A stretch of DNA of 64,000 bases from Oopsacas minuta (Eukaryota > Animalia > Porifera). The notes below the pieces were generated by a model, which saw only the letters and a program-made list of their open reading frames with translations, was not told where the DNA came from and did not search any database. The stretch covers positions 558,001 to 622,000 of the forward strand of contig JAKMXF010000210.1 in the NCBI GenBank assembly GCA_024704765.1, read 5' to 3'. Of the stretch, positions 11,234 to 22,540 are shown piece by piece (the stretch's first letter is position 1; every line of letters starts with the position of its first letter). The position numbers and the translations under genes are program-made.

Positions 11234-12368
11234 ATGGCTAGCACTACATGTCCACATGTAACTAACCAAGGTCTAGAGATGGATCTTGGTAACTTATCGG
11301 CTACTGACATAGATTTCCATCTAACTAATGAGGGAGGTGTTCCTAATGAGCAGGAGTTATTGAACAGATCACAACAATGTGTTCAAACAATGTTCAGTCA
11401 GCTGTCTAAACTTCCTCACGAGAGAGACGGACATCTGTCAGTTGTCAAACTACCTGAACCTAAAACCCAGCTTCCAAGATATCAACCTCTTCCTCAACCT
11501 AAGCCTCTGACTAGATGGGAGAGATATTCCAAAGAGAAGGGAGTGAGTAATAAGAAGAGGAGTAGGATGGTGTGGGATGAAGGAGGACAGGAATGGAAAC
11601 CAAGATGGGGATACAAGAAGGCTAGTAAGAGACCAGAGGATCAGTGGTTGGTTGAGGTAAGTACTAAGTTATTACTTATATATTAGATTAATTCTATCAA
11701 TTATTATGCTATTAGATTCCAGACCAGAAGGATCCATATGAAGATTACTTTGAGAAGGCTAAAGAAGAGAAGAGAGAGAGGGTAGCTAAAAATGAGTACC
11801 AGAGAGTGAGGAACCTTATGAGAGACCATGAGGGTAAAATTAAAGCTCCACACCTCCTCACAAATCAGGGACAGAAAGGAGGAAGGAAGGAACTTAATAT
11901 GATGACTAGCCTTGCAAAGGTTTCTACTCCATCTCTTGGAAAGTAAGTATTAGCTATATACACGTAGTTGTGATAATATTTATCTTCTGATATATTTATA
12001 GGTTTAGTGAGAAAGTTAAAGGAGAACCTAAATCCATCCGTGGGCAGAAGAGAAGGTTTGATCCTGTGTTAGGAGATTTAAAATCAGAACGAGACAAACA
12101 GTTGAAACTCTTAGAAACAATATCAAGAGATAAACCCATAGTGAATGTTAGTAAAGCAGTCAACAGGTATATTGATAAGAAACAGAAGTCTAATAGACAG
12201 ACAGAGGATAATTATGATAATGAAGATACACAACCAAGACATAAAAGTAAGTTTGGTAAAAAGATGAAAGGGAAAACTCCCTTGAAAACGAAACTACCTA
12301 AAGCAGGTAAGAAAGTTGAGAAAAAACTGAAAAGATTGCAACAGACGAAAAGAAGAATGAAACTTTAG
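11234..12368 (+). CDS. RRS1: Ribosome biogenesis regulatory protein RRS1, 3 exons
   Basis: Motifs LPRYQPLPQPKPLTRWERY, WKPRWGYK, KNEYQRVRN, STPSLGKF. Exons 11234-11656, 11716-11942, 12002-12368; both 59-bp GT-AG introns keep frame. Confidence 0.95.
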
Positions 12369-12601
12369 TAAAATCCTTCCATCCAATTAGTTTAATCAAA
12401 TCACTTTTTAATTATTGTGATTTGTTTTGTAATTTAATTAATAATATAAAATTCCAATGATTAGGTTTATCATAGCTTTGTGCGTAATAAGATCTATCTT
12501 CTAATGAAATTCTAACTATAATTATGTTTACGAACTTATAACGTAATTTGTAATTACTTATAAAAGCAATATTACAGTAGTGAGTATAGTTTAAGAAGGA
12601 T

Positions 12602-14329
12602 ATGTGGCTGTTTGACAGGTTTGTGCTATTCCGCGCGTTCTCATTGCGAGGGTTTCTCAATGATCTCCCGAGATACATTTTCGTGACTTTATGGATGCTT
12701 ACGAATATCGGCCTATTTATTGGGTTCTTTGTGCAATTTGAAACGTTCCCTCGATATTTCTACTTCCGTATGATTAGCCGTCAGGGTCTATCGTTTGCAA
12801 GAGCTCCTGCTGCTGTTATTAACTTCAACTCTATGCTTATTCTATTACCGGTGTGTCGGAATTTAATCTCGATTATCCGTGGAACATGTTTTCGTTGCTC
12901 TCGTAGTCTACGGAAAGCTCTTGACAAGAACATCAGTTACCACAAGCTATTTGCTTGGACTATCATTTTCTGCTCAGTCATACACACTGCTGCACATTAT
13001 TACAACTACGAGTTTATCATAACTGATGCTGCCAGTCCACAACGCTTCGAACAAGTTCCTTCTAATCCCCTAAGGAACAATCCTCTTATCTATCTTCGTC
13101 TGTTAGAGAATAGGTCTCTCGTCCTACCTCTTGATGCAGTCCTCTTAAACTACATGACGTATGCAGGTATAACAGGTCACATAATGTGGCTTATACTATT
13201 TCTAATGGCAACTTCTTCTGTTGAAGTTATACGTAAGAGTTTCTTCGAAATATTCTGGTATACTCATCACCTGTTTATTTTCTATTTTATTGCGCTTGGT
13301 ATCCATCAGTTTCAAATGATACTTCCATTTCAATCCAATGTGGATGTGAGTGATCCTTTCAACTGCTCTAGATTACCTGTGGATACTACAGGTGAAGGGT
13401 GTGAAATATTGCCTACCTTTACCGCTGCTCGCCCTAGTTCCTATAAATGGTTTGTTATCCCACTAGCTATCTATCTTGTAGAGCGATTGATCCGATTCAT
13501 AAAGAGCCTTATTCCTGTACAGATTGTTCATGTAGAAGAACATCCTTCTAGAACACTTGAGATTCGTATGAAACGTAGGTTCTTCCGTCAGGATGTAGGT
13601 CAGTATGTGTTCGTTAATATTCCATCCATCAGCTTTCTAGAGTGGCACCCTTTCACACTCACTTCCTGTCCAGAGGACAATCCAGAATTCAGTGTCCACA
13701 TCAGAATTGTAGGAGATTGGACAGAAGCCCTGCTTAAGAAAGTTAGACAGAAGGGATCTAATGTTCGTAGCACTATAATTACTATTGATGGCCCTTTTGG
13801 TACAGCAAGTGAAGATGTGTTTGATTATGAGATAGCTATGCTGGTAGGAGCTGGTATCGGTGTAACTCCTTTCGCTTCTATTCTGAAATCGATTTATCAT
13901 AAACGTAAGAATATGAACCTTAAGAAATTATCTCAGATATATTTCTTCTGGGTGTGCCCACAGCCTCAGTCATTTGAATGGTTTGCTACTCTCCTCAAAA
14001 CGATTGAGAAATCTCTCCAAGATGAAGGTTGTCCAGATCTCATTAAGTATGAGATTTATCTAACTCGTGGATGGACTGCAGCGGAAGCACGAAATATCTA
14101 CCTCCATGAGGACGACATTGAAGATCCGATCACCCGTTTGGGAGCTAAGACTAACTACGGACGACCTAAATGGGATGAGATATTCGCTACCATTGCTGAA
14201 AATCACTCTAAAAAGAAGGTGGGTGTGTTCTTCTGTGGACCGCCTATACTTTCAAAAGAACTACACTTCCAAGCTAACAAACACTCTACCAATAACTGTA
14301 GCTTTTCTTATAACAAAGAGAATTTCTAG
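12602..14329 (+). CDS. NOX: NADPH oxidase, NOX1/2-type (no EF hands), intronless
   Basis: Ferric-reductase TM region with heme His pairs (YHK...IH, THH...IH), FAD motif HPFTLTS, NADPH motif GAGIGVTPF, FCGP, and C-terminal KENF. Confidence 0.95.
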   Translation: MWLFDRFVLFRAFSLRGFLNDLPRYIFVTLWMLTNIGLFIGFFVQFETFPRYFYFRMISRQGLSFARAPAAVINFNSMLILLPVCRNLISIIRGTCFRCSRSLRKALDKNISYHKLFAWTIIFCSVIHTAAHYYNYEFIITDAASPQRFEQVPSNPLRNNPLIYLRLLENRSLVLPLDAVLLNYMTYAGITGHIMWLILFLMATSSVEVIRKSFFEIFWYTHHLFIFYFIALGIHQFQMILPFQSNVDVSDPFNCSRLPVDTTGEGCEILPTFTAARPSSYKWFVIPLAIYLVERLIRFIKSLIPVQIVHVEEHPSRTLEIRMKRRFFRQDVGQYVFVNIPSISFLEWHPFTLTSCPEDNPEFSVHIRIVGDWTEALLKKVRQKGSNVRSTIITIDGPFGTASEDVFDYEIAMLVGAGIGVTPFASILKSIYHKRKNMNLKKLSQIYFFWVCPQPQSFEWFATLLKTIEKSLQDEGCPDLIKYEIYLTRGWTAAEARNIYLHEDDIEDPITRLGAKTNYGRPKWDEIFATIAENHSKKKVGVFFCGPPILSKELHFQANKHSTNNCSFSYNKENF

Positions 14330-14829
14330 TAGCTCTACTCCTTGAGGTCTCCATAACGTGTGAATACTGTTTACTGTGTGTGTATGGATTATTTTATTTT
14401 GTATATACCTGTTTTGATGCTAGCCTTTGCTTTACAGCATAACATTCTTGCCATATAGATATTGTGTTATTTTATTTACTATTGCTGTTATTATCTGTTG
14501 TCTTAGCAGAGTTTATTTCTAGTACATTTGCCAGCTGGCCTACATCATGCAGTCATACTAACATATTTCGATTACAAACTATTAGTTTGTTTTGACCTTA
14601 CAAATATTGTATATTCCCCTGTTAGGCAATAATTAGTTTGCATCATTTATCAAGGCTACATATATCATCAGCAGCAGCAACCAATGTGACTTTAACTTAC
14701 AATATTAATGATGTGACGTTTAATACGTACATTCGTTGCAGGGTTATACTATTCCTTAATATTCTTAATATCAAATTACTAATTCTACAAATGAATGAAA
14801 TATTACAATTTGTTTATGATTAGAGAAGC

Positions 14830-17800
14830 ATGAGGAATCTCCAGTTATTCTCCTGTGGGAGTTATCATTTATTGAGGGGGATTTTCGCTATTGATGCTGA
14901 TACAGGTGATATTTGGTTGATAAGCGATAGTTTGAAACTGTTTTGTTACAAAGAATTGGGAAAAACTTGCAAGGAACATGTTAATCTATCTCTTGAAGCA
15001 AATCTTGAATCTTCTAACGCTGTTATAAGTTTAGATTATGTATTAGACTTAGAATCTGTGTATTTCGCTCTTAGAAATGGAGACATATACAAGTTCTCTG
15101 TTGAATCAGACGAGCTAGATAATATTGGTTCTGTAGCTTGTGGTTTAGAGTGTGCTGTGTGGAGTCCTGATCAAGAGATTATAGTGCTAGTCTCTACAGA
15201 AGGGAAAGTTGTAATGCTTAGTAAAAACTGTGATCCTATTTCAGAATCTAACCTTTTAACTGGCGAATTCGGGGAAGCTAGTCCTATAGTGCTAGGATGG
15301 GGGAAGAGAGAGACTCAGTTCAAAGGGAAAGCTGGTAAATATGTAGATTTAAAGGATAAAGATAGTCAAGAATCTGTCAATATTCTGACAAGTGATGACA
15401 GGAAGGTTAGAATCTGTTGGAGAGGTGATGGGCAGTTTTTTGCTATTTCCTTTGTAAATATTTCAAAGGGTTTAAGAGAAATTAAGATATTCACCCGTGA
15501 GTGTGTGCTACACGCCACAAGTGAATCTGTTGCTGGTATCGGTCAGTCTCTATCTTGGAAACCTTCTGCTAACCTAATAACAACCAACCGTACTTCACAC
15601 AGACAGGAGATTGTATTCTTTGAGAAGAATGGTTTGAGGTATGGAGAGTTCTCTCTACCCTGTCATGTTACAGAATATTTTGTGAGAGAGGTTGAATGGA
15701 ATTCTAATTCTACGATACTTCTAGTACTGTTAGAGCCTCTGATTTCAGATACTAAAACTCTAGTTCAGCTATGGACATGTAACAACGCCCATTGGTACCT
15801 CAAACAAGAGATTTGCTTCCCATCTGTTAGCTCTCCTACACTAATCAGATGGAATACTATACAGCCTAATACTCTACATATTCTAACACAATCTGGCTCT
15901 TATCTTACTTACGAATTGAGAACTGTTGTAACTCAGTCAAATGAGTATGATAACTGGATAGCAGTGATTGACGGCTGTAGAGTATTGCTATCTCCATTTC
16001 GTGATCTTACAGTACCTCCCCCAATGTCCAGCTGTTCTGTGGAGTTGAGTAGACCCGTTATAGAGGTTATTTTCGGGAGAGAAGAATACAAAGATAGAAT
16101 TCTTTGTCTGTTATCTAACTATACAATAATAGAATTAAAACACAGCAAATCAGATGGAAATATAAATAATTCTGAATTCTTAGACAAGACAGGATTTTAT
16201 AGCTTATCTAAACCATTCCATTTCAGAGATAATACTACAGATATTTCATATCACACTATACGACATATCCAGTGGATAACTGTATATTTATTATTAGCTC
16301 TATCTTATAGCAGTGATGCCAAAGAACATAAGATAGAGCTTTATAATATTCTGAGTGAGGAGAGAGAAATTGTTCTTGTATCAGTTGTTACTACAATAAA
16401 ACCTATTCTAACACTCATATCTTGTTCCGATAGTTTAGCTGTAGAATTCATAGATGGAGAGGTGAACCGTGTTAGTTGTACTAACGAAACACTCTCGTTA
16501 CAACCTTGGGTTAACTTGCTCTATCCATCACATCGCATTAGTATAGCTAGGTTTTCTGGAGAGGAACATATTTTGGGATTCACTGTTAACGGGAGATTGT
16601 TTCTAGACACAATTGAGTTATGTTCTAATGCGACGTCTTATTACCTTCATAGTCACTTCCTTCTAATCACTACCAGTAGTCACTATTTACACTCAATCAA
16701 TCTATCTACACCAATATATGAGCTACCAGCTATTCTACCTACTCAGTCTCATACAACTAATGATGCTGTACGTAGAGTAGAGAGAGGAGCAGAGATTATA
16801 ACCGCAGTTAGTAACGATAGCAAAGTTGTTCTCCAGATGCCCCGTGGTAACCTCGAAGCCATTCATCCACGTGCTCTGATTCTAACCATTATAGCTAAGC
16901 TTCTAGACAATAGAGAGTATTCTGTAGCATTTGCTATCCTTCGTAGGCAAAGAATAAATATGAATTTATTTCATGATTATAACCCTGAAATATTTATAAG
17001 TTCAATTCATGATTTCATAACACAAGTCCACCAGCCTCAGTTCTTGAATATTTTCATAACAGAGCTATCAGATCAAGATATTTGTACTACGATGTATCCT
17101 AACATGAAGAGACATGTCACTAATATTAATAGTGAGAATAAAGTTAACTCTGTGTGTGATATCATGGTAGAAACTTGTGAGAAAGCTAATAATACTAACT
17201 TATATCTGCTGCCTATATTAACCGCTCTGATTAAGAGATCTCCGTCTCAGCTAGGAGAGGTTTTAACCCGAATTAAGAACATACCAGTAACAAGCAAAAC
17301 TTCTCAAGAAGATGCTCTCAAATATATTTCTCTCCTTATTGATATGAAGCAGTTATATAAGGTAGCATTAGGTACTTATGACTTTGATATTATGTTACTT
17401 GTAGCCCAGAACTCTAATATGGATCCTAAAGAGTATCTTCCTTTCATGAATAATCTCAAATCTCTAGAAGAAAATTACAGAGCTTATTTTATAGATTGTC
17501 ATCTCTGTAAATATGAGAGTGCATTAGTACATATCCTGAAGTGTAGAGGCCGTGAGGAGGAATGTATCGCTTTTATCAATAAGCACGAGTTGTATAGCAA
17601 AGCATTAGAACAGATCCCTACAGGAGATGGTGAGCTTATTCAAAGGGTCTCTTTGGCTTATGGGAATTGGCTTTGTTCAAAGGAGAAGTATCCTGAAGCT
17701 GGACTTGTATTTATACAAATTGGAGAGCTCGCATTGGCCCTCAAAGCTTATAGAAAGAGTGATAACTATCATCGAGTACTATCACTTGCACTTCAACTTA

Positions 17801-18705
17801 ATTTGCCAAAAGATTCATTCCATAAAATAGTCTATGAGTTAGTTAGTAAGCTAAAATCTATTAATGAGATTATGACTACATCTCAAATACTCTGTGAGTA
17901 TACACAGGATTATGAAGATGCTATCTTCCTACTGATAGAGAACAATATATTTAATGAGGCATACAGACTTATATACAAATACTTACGGATAGATTTGCTG
18001 GAAACTCACTTCAAACCGAAGTTAACAGAAACTGCACAGAACATGCTTTCTATGCTAATCGAGTCTAGAACAATTGTAGAGAAGTATGTTAGTAGACTTG
18101 AAATAGTTTTGACAAACAAACTTGAGGAAGGACAGACTTATTTTGAGGAGGGAGGTGACATAAGGGATCACGAGTTCTTTTCAGAGCAGAGCAGCGTAAC
18201 AGGACAGTCTCAAACAAACTCTATAAGTTCTAAAGGTTCTAAGAGTAGCTCTAAATCTGCTAGAGGCAGTAGGAGTAGAAAGAAGCAAGAAAGGAAAAAG
18301 TATAGATTGAAGGAAGGGAGTGCTCATGAAGATATAGCTCTATTGGAAGAGATAAGGGGGGTAGTAGTCAGAGTTGATCAGATACAAGATGATTTGAATA
18401 TTATTTTAGATCTGTTAATAATAACGAATCAACGACTATTAGCACGAGACCTACAAACAAATGCTCGTGCTACCATCACCTATCTTGCTTCTATTATTCC
18501 CAAGACATGGCATAAACATAGACTAATAACAATATCTCTCTCATTAGTTCATGAGGATGGAATCATATCCAGTCCTAACCTGTGTACTGGTATTATAAAT
18601 GTGTTAAAAGGAGGAGATTTATTTCCAGCACAGACAGATGTAGAAATATCAGAACCATTAATTCGCAGTATAAAATGGGAGATTAGCTATCTATTGAGTT
18701 CATAG
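14830..18705 (+). CDS. ELP1: Elongator complex protein 1
   Basis: 1291 aa intronless ORF with GWGKRETQFKG, WRGDGQFFA, LQMPRGNLEAIHPR, RRQRINMN, MDPKEYLPF and a basic C-terminal region. Confidence 0.97.
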   Translation: MRNLQLFSCGSYHLLRGIFAIDADTGDIWLISDSLKLFCYKELGKTCKEHVNLSLEANLESSNAVISLDYVLDLESVYFALRNGDIYKFSVESDELDNIGSVACGLECAVWSPDQEIIVLVSTEGKVVMLSKNCDPISESNLLTGEFGEASPIVLGWGKRETQFKGKAGKYVDLKDKDSQESVNILTSDDRKVRICWRGDGQFFAISFVNISKGLREIKIFTRECVLHATSESVAGIGQSLSWKPSANLITTNRTSHRQEIVFFEKNGLRYGEFSLPCHVTEYFVREVEWNSNSTILLVLLEPLISDTKTLVQLWTCNNAHWYLKQEICFPSVSSPTLIRWNTIQPNTLHILTQSGSYLTYELRTVVTQSNEYDNWIAVIDGCRVLLSPFRDLTVPPPMSSCSVELSRPVIEVIFGREEYKDRILCLLSNYTIIELKHSKSDGNINNSEFLDKTGFYSLSKPFHFRDNTTDISYHTIRHIQWITVYLLLALSYSSDAKEHKIELYNILSEEREIVLVSVVTTIKPILTLISCSDSLAVEFIDGEVNRVSCTNETLSLQPWVNLLYPSHRISIARFSGEEHILGFTVNGRLFLDTIELCSNATSYYLHSHFLLITTSSHYLHSINLSTPIYELPAILPTQSHTTNDAVRRVERGAEIITAVSNDSKVVLQMPRGNLEAIHPRALILTIIAKLLDNREYSVAFAILRRQRINMNLFHDYNPEIFISSIHDFITQVHQPQFLNIFITELSDQDICTTMYPNMKRHVTNINSENKVNSVCDIMVETCEKANNTNLYLLPILTALIKRSPSQLGEVLTRIKNIPVTSKTSQEDALKYISLLIDMKQLYKVALGTYDFDIMLLVAQNSNMDPKEYLPFMNNLKSLEENYRAYFIDCHLCKYESALVHILKCRGREEECIAFINKHELYSKALEQIPTGDGELIQRVSLAYGNWLCSKEKYPEAGLVFIQIGELALALKAYRKSDNYHRVLSLALQLNLPKDSFHKIVYELVSKLKSINEIMTTSQILCEYTQDYEDAIFLLIENNIFNEAYRLIYKYLRIDLLETHFKPKLTETAQNMLSMLIESRTIVEKYVSRLEIVLTNKLEEGQTYFEEGGDIRDHEFFSEQSSVTGQSQTNSISSKGSKSSSKSARGSRSRKKQERKKYRLKEGSAHEDIALLEEIRGVVVRVDQIQDDLNIILDLLIITNQRLLARDLQTNARATITYLASIIPKTWHKHRLITISLSLVHEDGIISSPNLCTGIINVLKGGDLFPAQTDVEISEPLIRSIKWEISYLLSS

Positions 18706-18963
18706 TTTAGAATCTTTTTCTTGAATGAATTAATAGAATTGTGTAGGTAGTGGGCACCTTATTTTATTCCCAATTCTTACGTTTTTTAACTTTATTCAAT
18801 GGCTCAAAGCCACTAACCAAGACATCTTTACATACTCGTACCTGTGTTAAGACCCCATGACCAAATAGCATTTATTTCTATTCCTTCGAACTGTGACATC
18901 AATGCCACATATGTTAGGCTTTATATTTTTATATAAATGTGATTTTTGCTCTCTTTTACATAA

Positions 18964-19416
18964 ATGGTTGCGAATAGTACATGTACCCAATTTGAAATGT
19001 CTTTTCAGACTCTTCAAGCAATTCTATGGATTAATATTATTACATTAATCACTGTAATGTCTTTTTGGTTACTGGCACTATTATATGGCTTATGTTATTT
19101 GCAACGAAAATCCAACCTAAATACTGTTACTTCGCCTCCTAGGTCAGTTTTAATACCTCCCCGACATTCAATATCATCTGTTGGAGGACTTAATTTAAGT
19201 GTGCGTGATGTAGTACGAAGAATTAGTACACATTCTAGACTTGATCAAGATGATTGTGTAACTATTGGTAACAATGGTGTTAAAGTGTCAGATAATTTGC
19301 ATCTTATCAAATCTACCCAGTATCAAGAGCAGCCACTAGAAAGTGACTCTGACCTTGAATCTAATGCGATGATTAATCTCGAAGATGGAACCACATTAAC
19401 TCAATCATCTATTTAA
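18964..19416 (+). CDS. Small orphan single-pass membrane protein
   Basis: 150 aa ORF with one N-terminal hydrophobic helix followed by a Ser/Arg-rich then acidic segment. No family recognised. Confidence 0.55.
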   Translation: MVANSTCTQFEMSFQTLQAILWINIITLITVMSFWLLALLYGLCYLQRKSNLNTVTSPPRSVLIPPRHSISSVGGLNLSVRDVVRRISTHSRLDQDDCVTIGNNGVKVSDNLHLIKSTQYQEQPLESDSDLESNAMINLEDGTTLTQSSI

Positions 19417-19627
19417 TTAGTATTTTCTGCTTTCTTATATTGAGTGATATGTATTAAAATTGCTATATTTTGTGTAATTATTTGGTGAAGATTATATTGT
19501 GCGATGCAAGTTTTCGTGCTCCTGTTAGTTGGATTTGTGCATGCTTCTAAGAGGATCTTTGTTGACGATATGGTCTAATCTTTGTACGTAATTAATCCTT
19601 CTACATACTTATGTGTGTACTTTGCTT

Positions 19628-19773
19628 TTGAAGAGCTCTGTAGAATTTCAATTATTTATGCCCTTTCCATCCGAATTCCAGCGCCAGGAATGTAAAGTCT
19701 AGGTTTTGAATACGATTGAATAACCAATCAAATTCCAGCATTTACCGTCCATTGAAACGGGCCTAACTTCAAA
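19628..19773. promoter_or_regulatory. Candidate G2/M promoter elements (CCAAT box plus CHR-like TTTGAA) upstream of cyclin B3
   Basis: TTTGAA at 19628-19633 and 19705-19710, AACCAATCA at 19722-19730, TTCAAA at 19768-19773. Confidence 0.35.
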
Positions 19774-19900
19774 ATCTGTAGGTTATAAATACAAAGTTTT
19801 AAAAGATATATCCACAAACTTCTCACAAGTTCAGTACTTCTACCTTACAACCTTCTGCCTCTCAATCCCCGAACTACAACAAAAGTAAATACAATCAATC

Positions 19901-20896
19901 ATGCCGACAGTCGTTGTCCATAACCTTGAAAACGCCCGAATTATACTCGGGAATGTAACAAATGAAATACAACCCCTAGATGTTAAAGATAAGACTAAAC
20001 TTAATTTCCCTAGCAAAACAACGGTAAAACCGAATGACAACAAGCCAATCCATATTCCCATTCCCTGTAGCAATGAATTGAAGGAATTCTCAGATATCTT
20101 CTCAGATCTTGAGTACAATAACGAGTATATTCTAGAGGTGTACAGCAACACAGCTAAATTAGAGCACCGGTTCATACCGGTAGATTATTTCTCCGTAGAG
20201 CAGCATCGTGTAACTGAGAAGATGCGTACCATCCTGATTGAGTGGTTGGTTCAGATCCAAGAAGAGTTCCAGCTTTGTCACGAGACACTTTACAAAGCAG
20301 TCATCATAAAGGATCTGTACTTATCACGCACAACGGATTGTATCAAGTTGGAAGAATATCAGCTGGTGGGTGCTTGCTCCCTCTGGATTGCCTCGAAATA
20401 CGAGGAAATATATCCTCCAAATCTTGCAAACTTCTCTTCTCTCTGTGACAACATTTACTCTAAGCGTCGCTTCATGCAAATGGAGAGAGACATAATGCGA
20501 ACAATCGATTTCCAACTCTACATGCCTGTTCCTTACACGCTGACTCGTGTACTGAATAAGATAGTAGATGGGAATATGGCTCTACTCACGCTAGCACGAT
20601 ATATCTGTGAATTAACACTAGTTAATTTCGACTGCTGCCAATTCGCTTCTTCTAGGGTAGCAACATCCTGCTTTTTCATAGCTTTGAAAATGTACGAACA
20701 TGATTGGTCTCAAAAGATCCAAGAGTTCACAGGTTACTCCCCTTTCTCGCTCAAACCGGTAATTATTAAACTTAACGAAATCTTGCACGAATCCTTCCAG
20801 AACAAAAAGAAAACTCAAATTCGTCTAAAGTATATTCATCCAGTGTTCTTCAAGGTTGCGCAGAAATCTCCAATTCCTACATCGGCCCTATTCTAA
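19901..20896 (+). CDS. CCNB3: Cyclin B3-like
   Basis: Cyclin box MRTILIEWLVQIQEEFQLCHETLY, QLVGACSLWIASKYEEIYPP, and the B3-type C-terminus KYIHPVFFKVA. Confidence 0.8.
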   Translation: MPTVVVHNLENARIILGNVTNEIQPLDVKDKTKLNFPSKTTVKPNDNKPIHIPIPCSNELKEFSDIFSDLEYNNEYILEVYSNTAKLEHRFIPVDYFSVEQHRVTEKMRTILIEWLVQIQEEFQLCHETLYKAVIIKDLYLSRTTDCIKLEEYQLVGACSLWIASKYEEIYPPNLANFSSLCDNIYSKRRFMQMERDIMRTIDFQLYMPVPYTLTRVLNKIVDGNMALLTLARYICELTLVNFDCCQFASSRVATSCFFIALKMYEHDWSQKIQEFTGYSPFSLKPVIIKLNEILHESFQNKKKTQIRLKYIHPVFFKVAQKSPIPTSALF

Positions 20897-21080
20897 TGGT
20901 TGATTGATTGTCTATTTGCTTTTTTGATGCTTGTAAAATTTCGAACTACACTGAACTGCTTGAAATCAATTAAACCTTACAACATGGTTGTACTATTTAC
21001 TTTATTTTTAGTATAATAATATTAAGGGATAGAATAGCTAAAGTTGTTTATTATAATTATCCTGTTTATATTGGTAGAAA

Positions 21081-21995
21081 ATGGCGAATTCTAAAGAAAA
21101 CGTGAGCTATACTCCTTGGGCCCCCGATCTATTCGAAGAATCGTTAGATTTTAATCTGGAATCAGTCATTAAAGCTAGCTTAGATAGAGATTTCGCTCTG
21201 ACCGTAGCTAAGCCTACGCACCTAGCCTCAGCTAATAAACCACATAAACTAGCTCCCACAGATTTGTATTATAGTATCCCAAATGTTTACAAAGAAAATA
21301 TCAACTTGCTGAAGACCGCTAGATCTATCCATGTCCAAAACTCTTATATTCAATCCAAACTTAGTTCTGACCCCAGTTACAAACCCTCGGAGTTACAACA
21401 ATCCACCGCTTCCCAATTTATCCCTACACACTCCCTTGACAGGAATAACTTTACTCAAACTTTTCCTAAGTTAGATGAACGTAGTATTTATCAGATTGCT
21501 AGGAAGTCAGTATCTCTAAGTCTCTTAAATGCAGGATTTACACATTCTAAGTCATCAGCACTCGATAAACTGGTCGATTCGTTGAATACTTTTTTGCACA
21601 AACTTTGCATTATCCTTAAATCTAACTCTCAACCAAATCCTGATAATAATTTCCTGGAAGACTTTGTAGATCCTCTTGAACAAACGCTCATAGAATTGGG
21701 ATCTGATGGATATGAAGGTTTATTCGAGTTTTGGCAAGAACATATGGTTAATTACCATCAAAAGCTTGCTATAGCTGGGACTAAGTTAATTCAAGTCCAA
21801 GAAGGATTGGTCCATAGAGTTATTGGGAGTACTGAGCATACGGAAACTATCCCAGAGAATGTTGTAGAGATGAGTAGCTCGATGATAGAAGTAGCTGCCC
21901 ATGGCTCTGTGCTTGAAGACTCTCAGGATTCAAACGAATCTCCTTATTCAGATGAAAAGCCAAGCAAACATGTTAAGAGAATTAAATTATGTTGA
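21081..21995 (+). CDS. SUPT7L: SAGA/STAGA subunit SUPT7L-like (histone fold)
   Basis: Histone-fold segment VSLSLLNAGF...ALDKLVD followed by LEQTLIELG...LFEFWQEHMVNYH, resembling SUPT7L. Confidence 0.78.
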   Translation: MANSKENVSYTPWAPDLFEESLDFNLESVIKASLDRDFALTVAKPTHLASANKPHKLAPTDLYYSIPNVYKENINLLKTARSIHVQNSYIQSKLSSDPSYKPSELQQSTASQFIPTHSLDRNNFTQTFPKLDERSIYQIARKSVSLSLLNAGFTHSKSSALDKLVDSLNTFLHKLCIILKSNSQPNPDNNFLEDFVDPLEQTLIELGSDGYEGLFEFWQEHMVNYHQKLAIAGTKLIQVQEGLVHRVIGSTEHTETIPENVVEMSSSMIEVAAHGSVLEDSQDSNESPYSDEKPSKHVKRIKLC

Positions 21996-22081
21996 CTGTT
22001 TAATTCATTAACTTATTTTAATTATACTTAATAATATACATAAACGAATCTGTTATTTATCTTGTATAGTACAGTAAACTG

Positions 22082-22540
22082 TCACCATATTTGCTGTATA
22101 GTAGCTTGATTATAGGAATAAGAGTACAACGCATGTTTATATCGGCGTATTTCTGCCTCTAATTTTATTATTTCCTCTTTCAAGACATTCCTTTCAAAAC
22201 GATTCTTCAATATGTCAATATCGAGAAATGCAGTTTGAAACACCTTCTTACGAGCGTGTTTATTTGATGCCTTCTTTGCTTTTTCGCTTCTTCTGAGCTC
22301 TCTCATTCCATCCTTGAAGTCTTCTGGTACTAATCCCTGCTTTTCCAAATACTTGACTATGTCATCTAGTTCTTTCAAGGGAATTGACCTAACCTTCTCT
22401 CGATTCACAATCTTTTTAATTTGGCTCCAACATTTATTTTTTAAGATAAATTGAAGTTTTTTATCAGATACACTCGAATTGAAAAGTTTCTTGACATTTA
22501 TTTCACCACTGTCAGAGCGTTGGTATGTGTAACGGGCCAT
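22082..22540 (-). CDS. Divergent Maf/CNC-type bZIP protein
   Basis: SIPLKELDDIV resembles the extended homology region, followed by basic RELRRSEKAKKASNKHARKK and zipper VLKEEIIKLEAEIRRYK. Confidence 0.7.
   Translation of the reverse strand: MARYTYQRSDSGEINVKKLFNSSVSDKKLQFILKNKCWSQIKKIVNREKVRSIPLKELDDIVKYLEKQGLVPEDFKDGMRELRRSEKAKKASNKHARKKVFQTAFLDIDILKNRFERNVLKEEIIKLEAEIRRYKHALYSYSYNQATIQQIW

Larger units (their letters stand above)
7706..11337 (+). repeat. Recent tandem segmental duplication: unit A 7706-9650, unit B 9651-11337
   Basis: 9651 onward matches 7706 onward, and 9547-9650 matches RRS1 11234-11337. The 3' flanks (about 9241-9546 vs 10929-11233) differ at 2 positions. Unit B lacks about 251 bp corresponding to 8956-9206. 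Confidence 0.95.
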
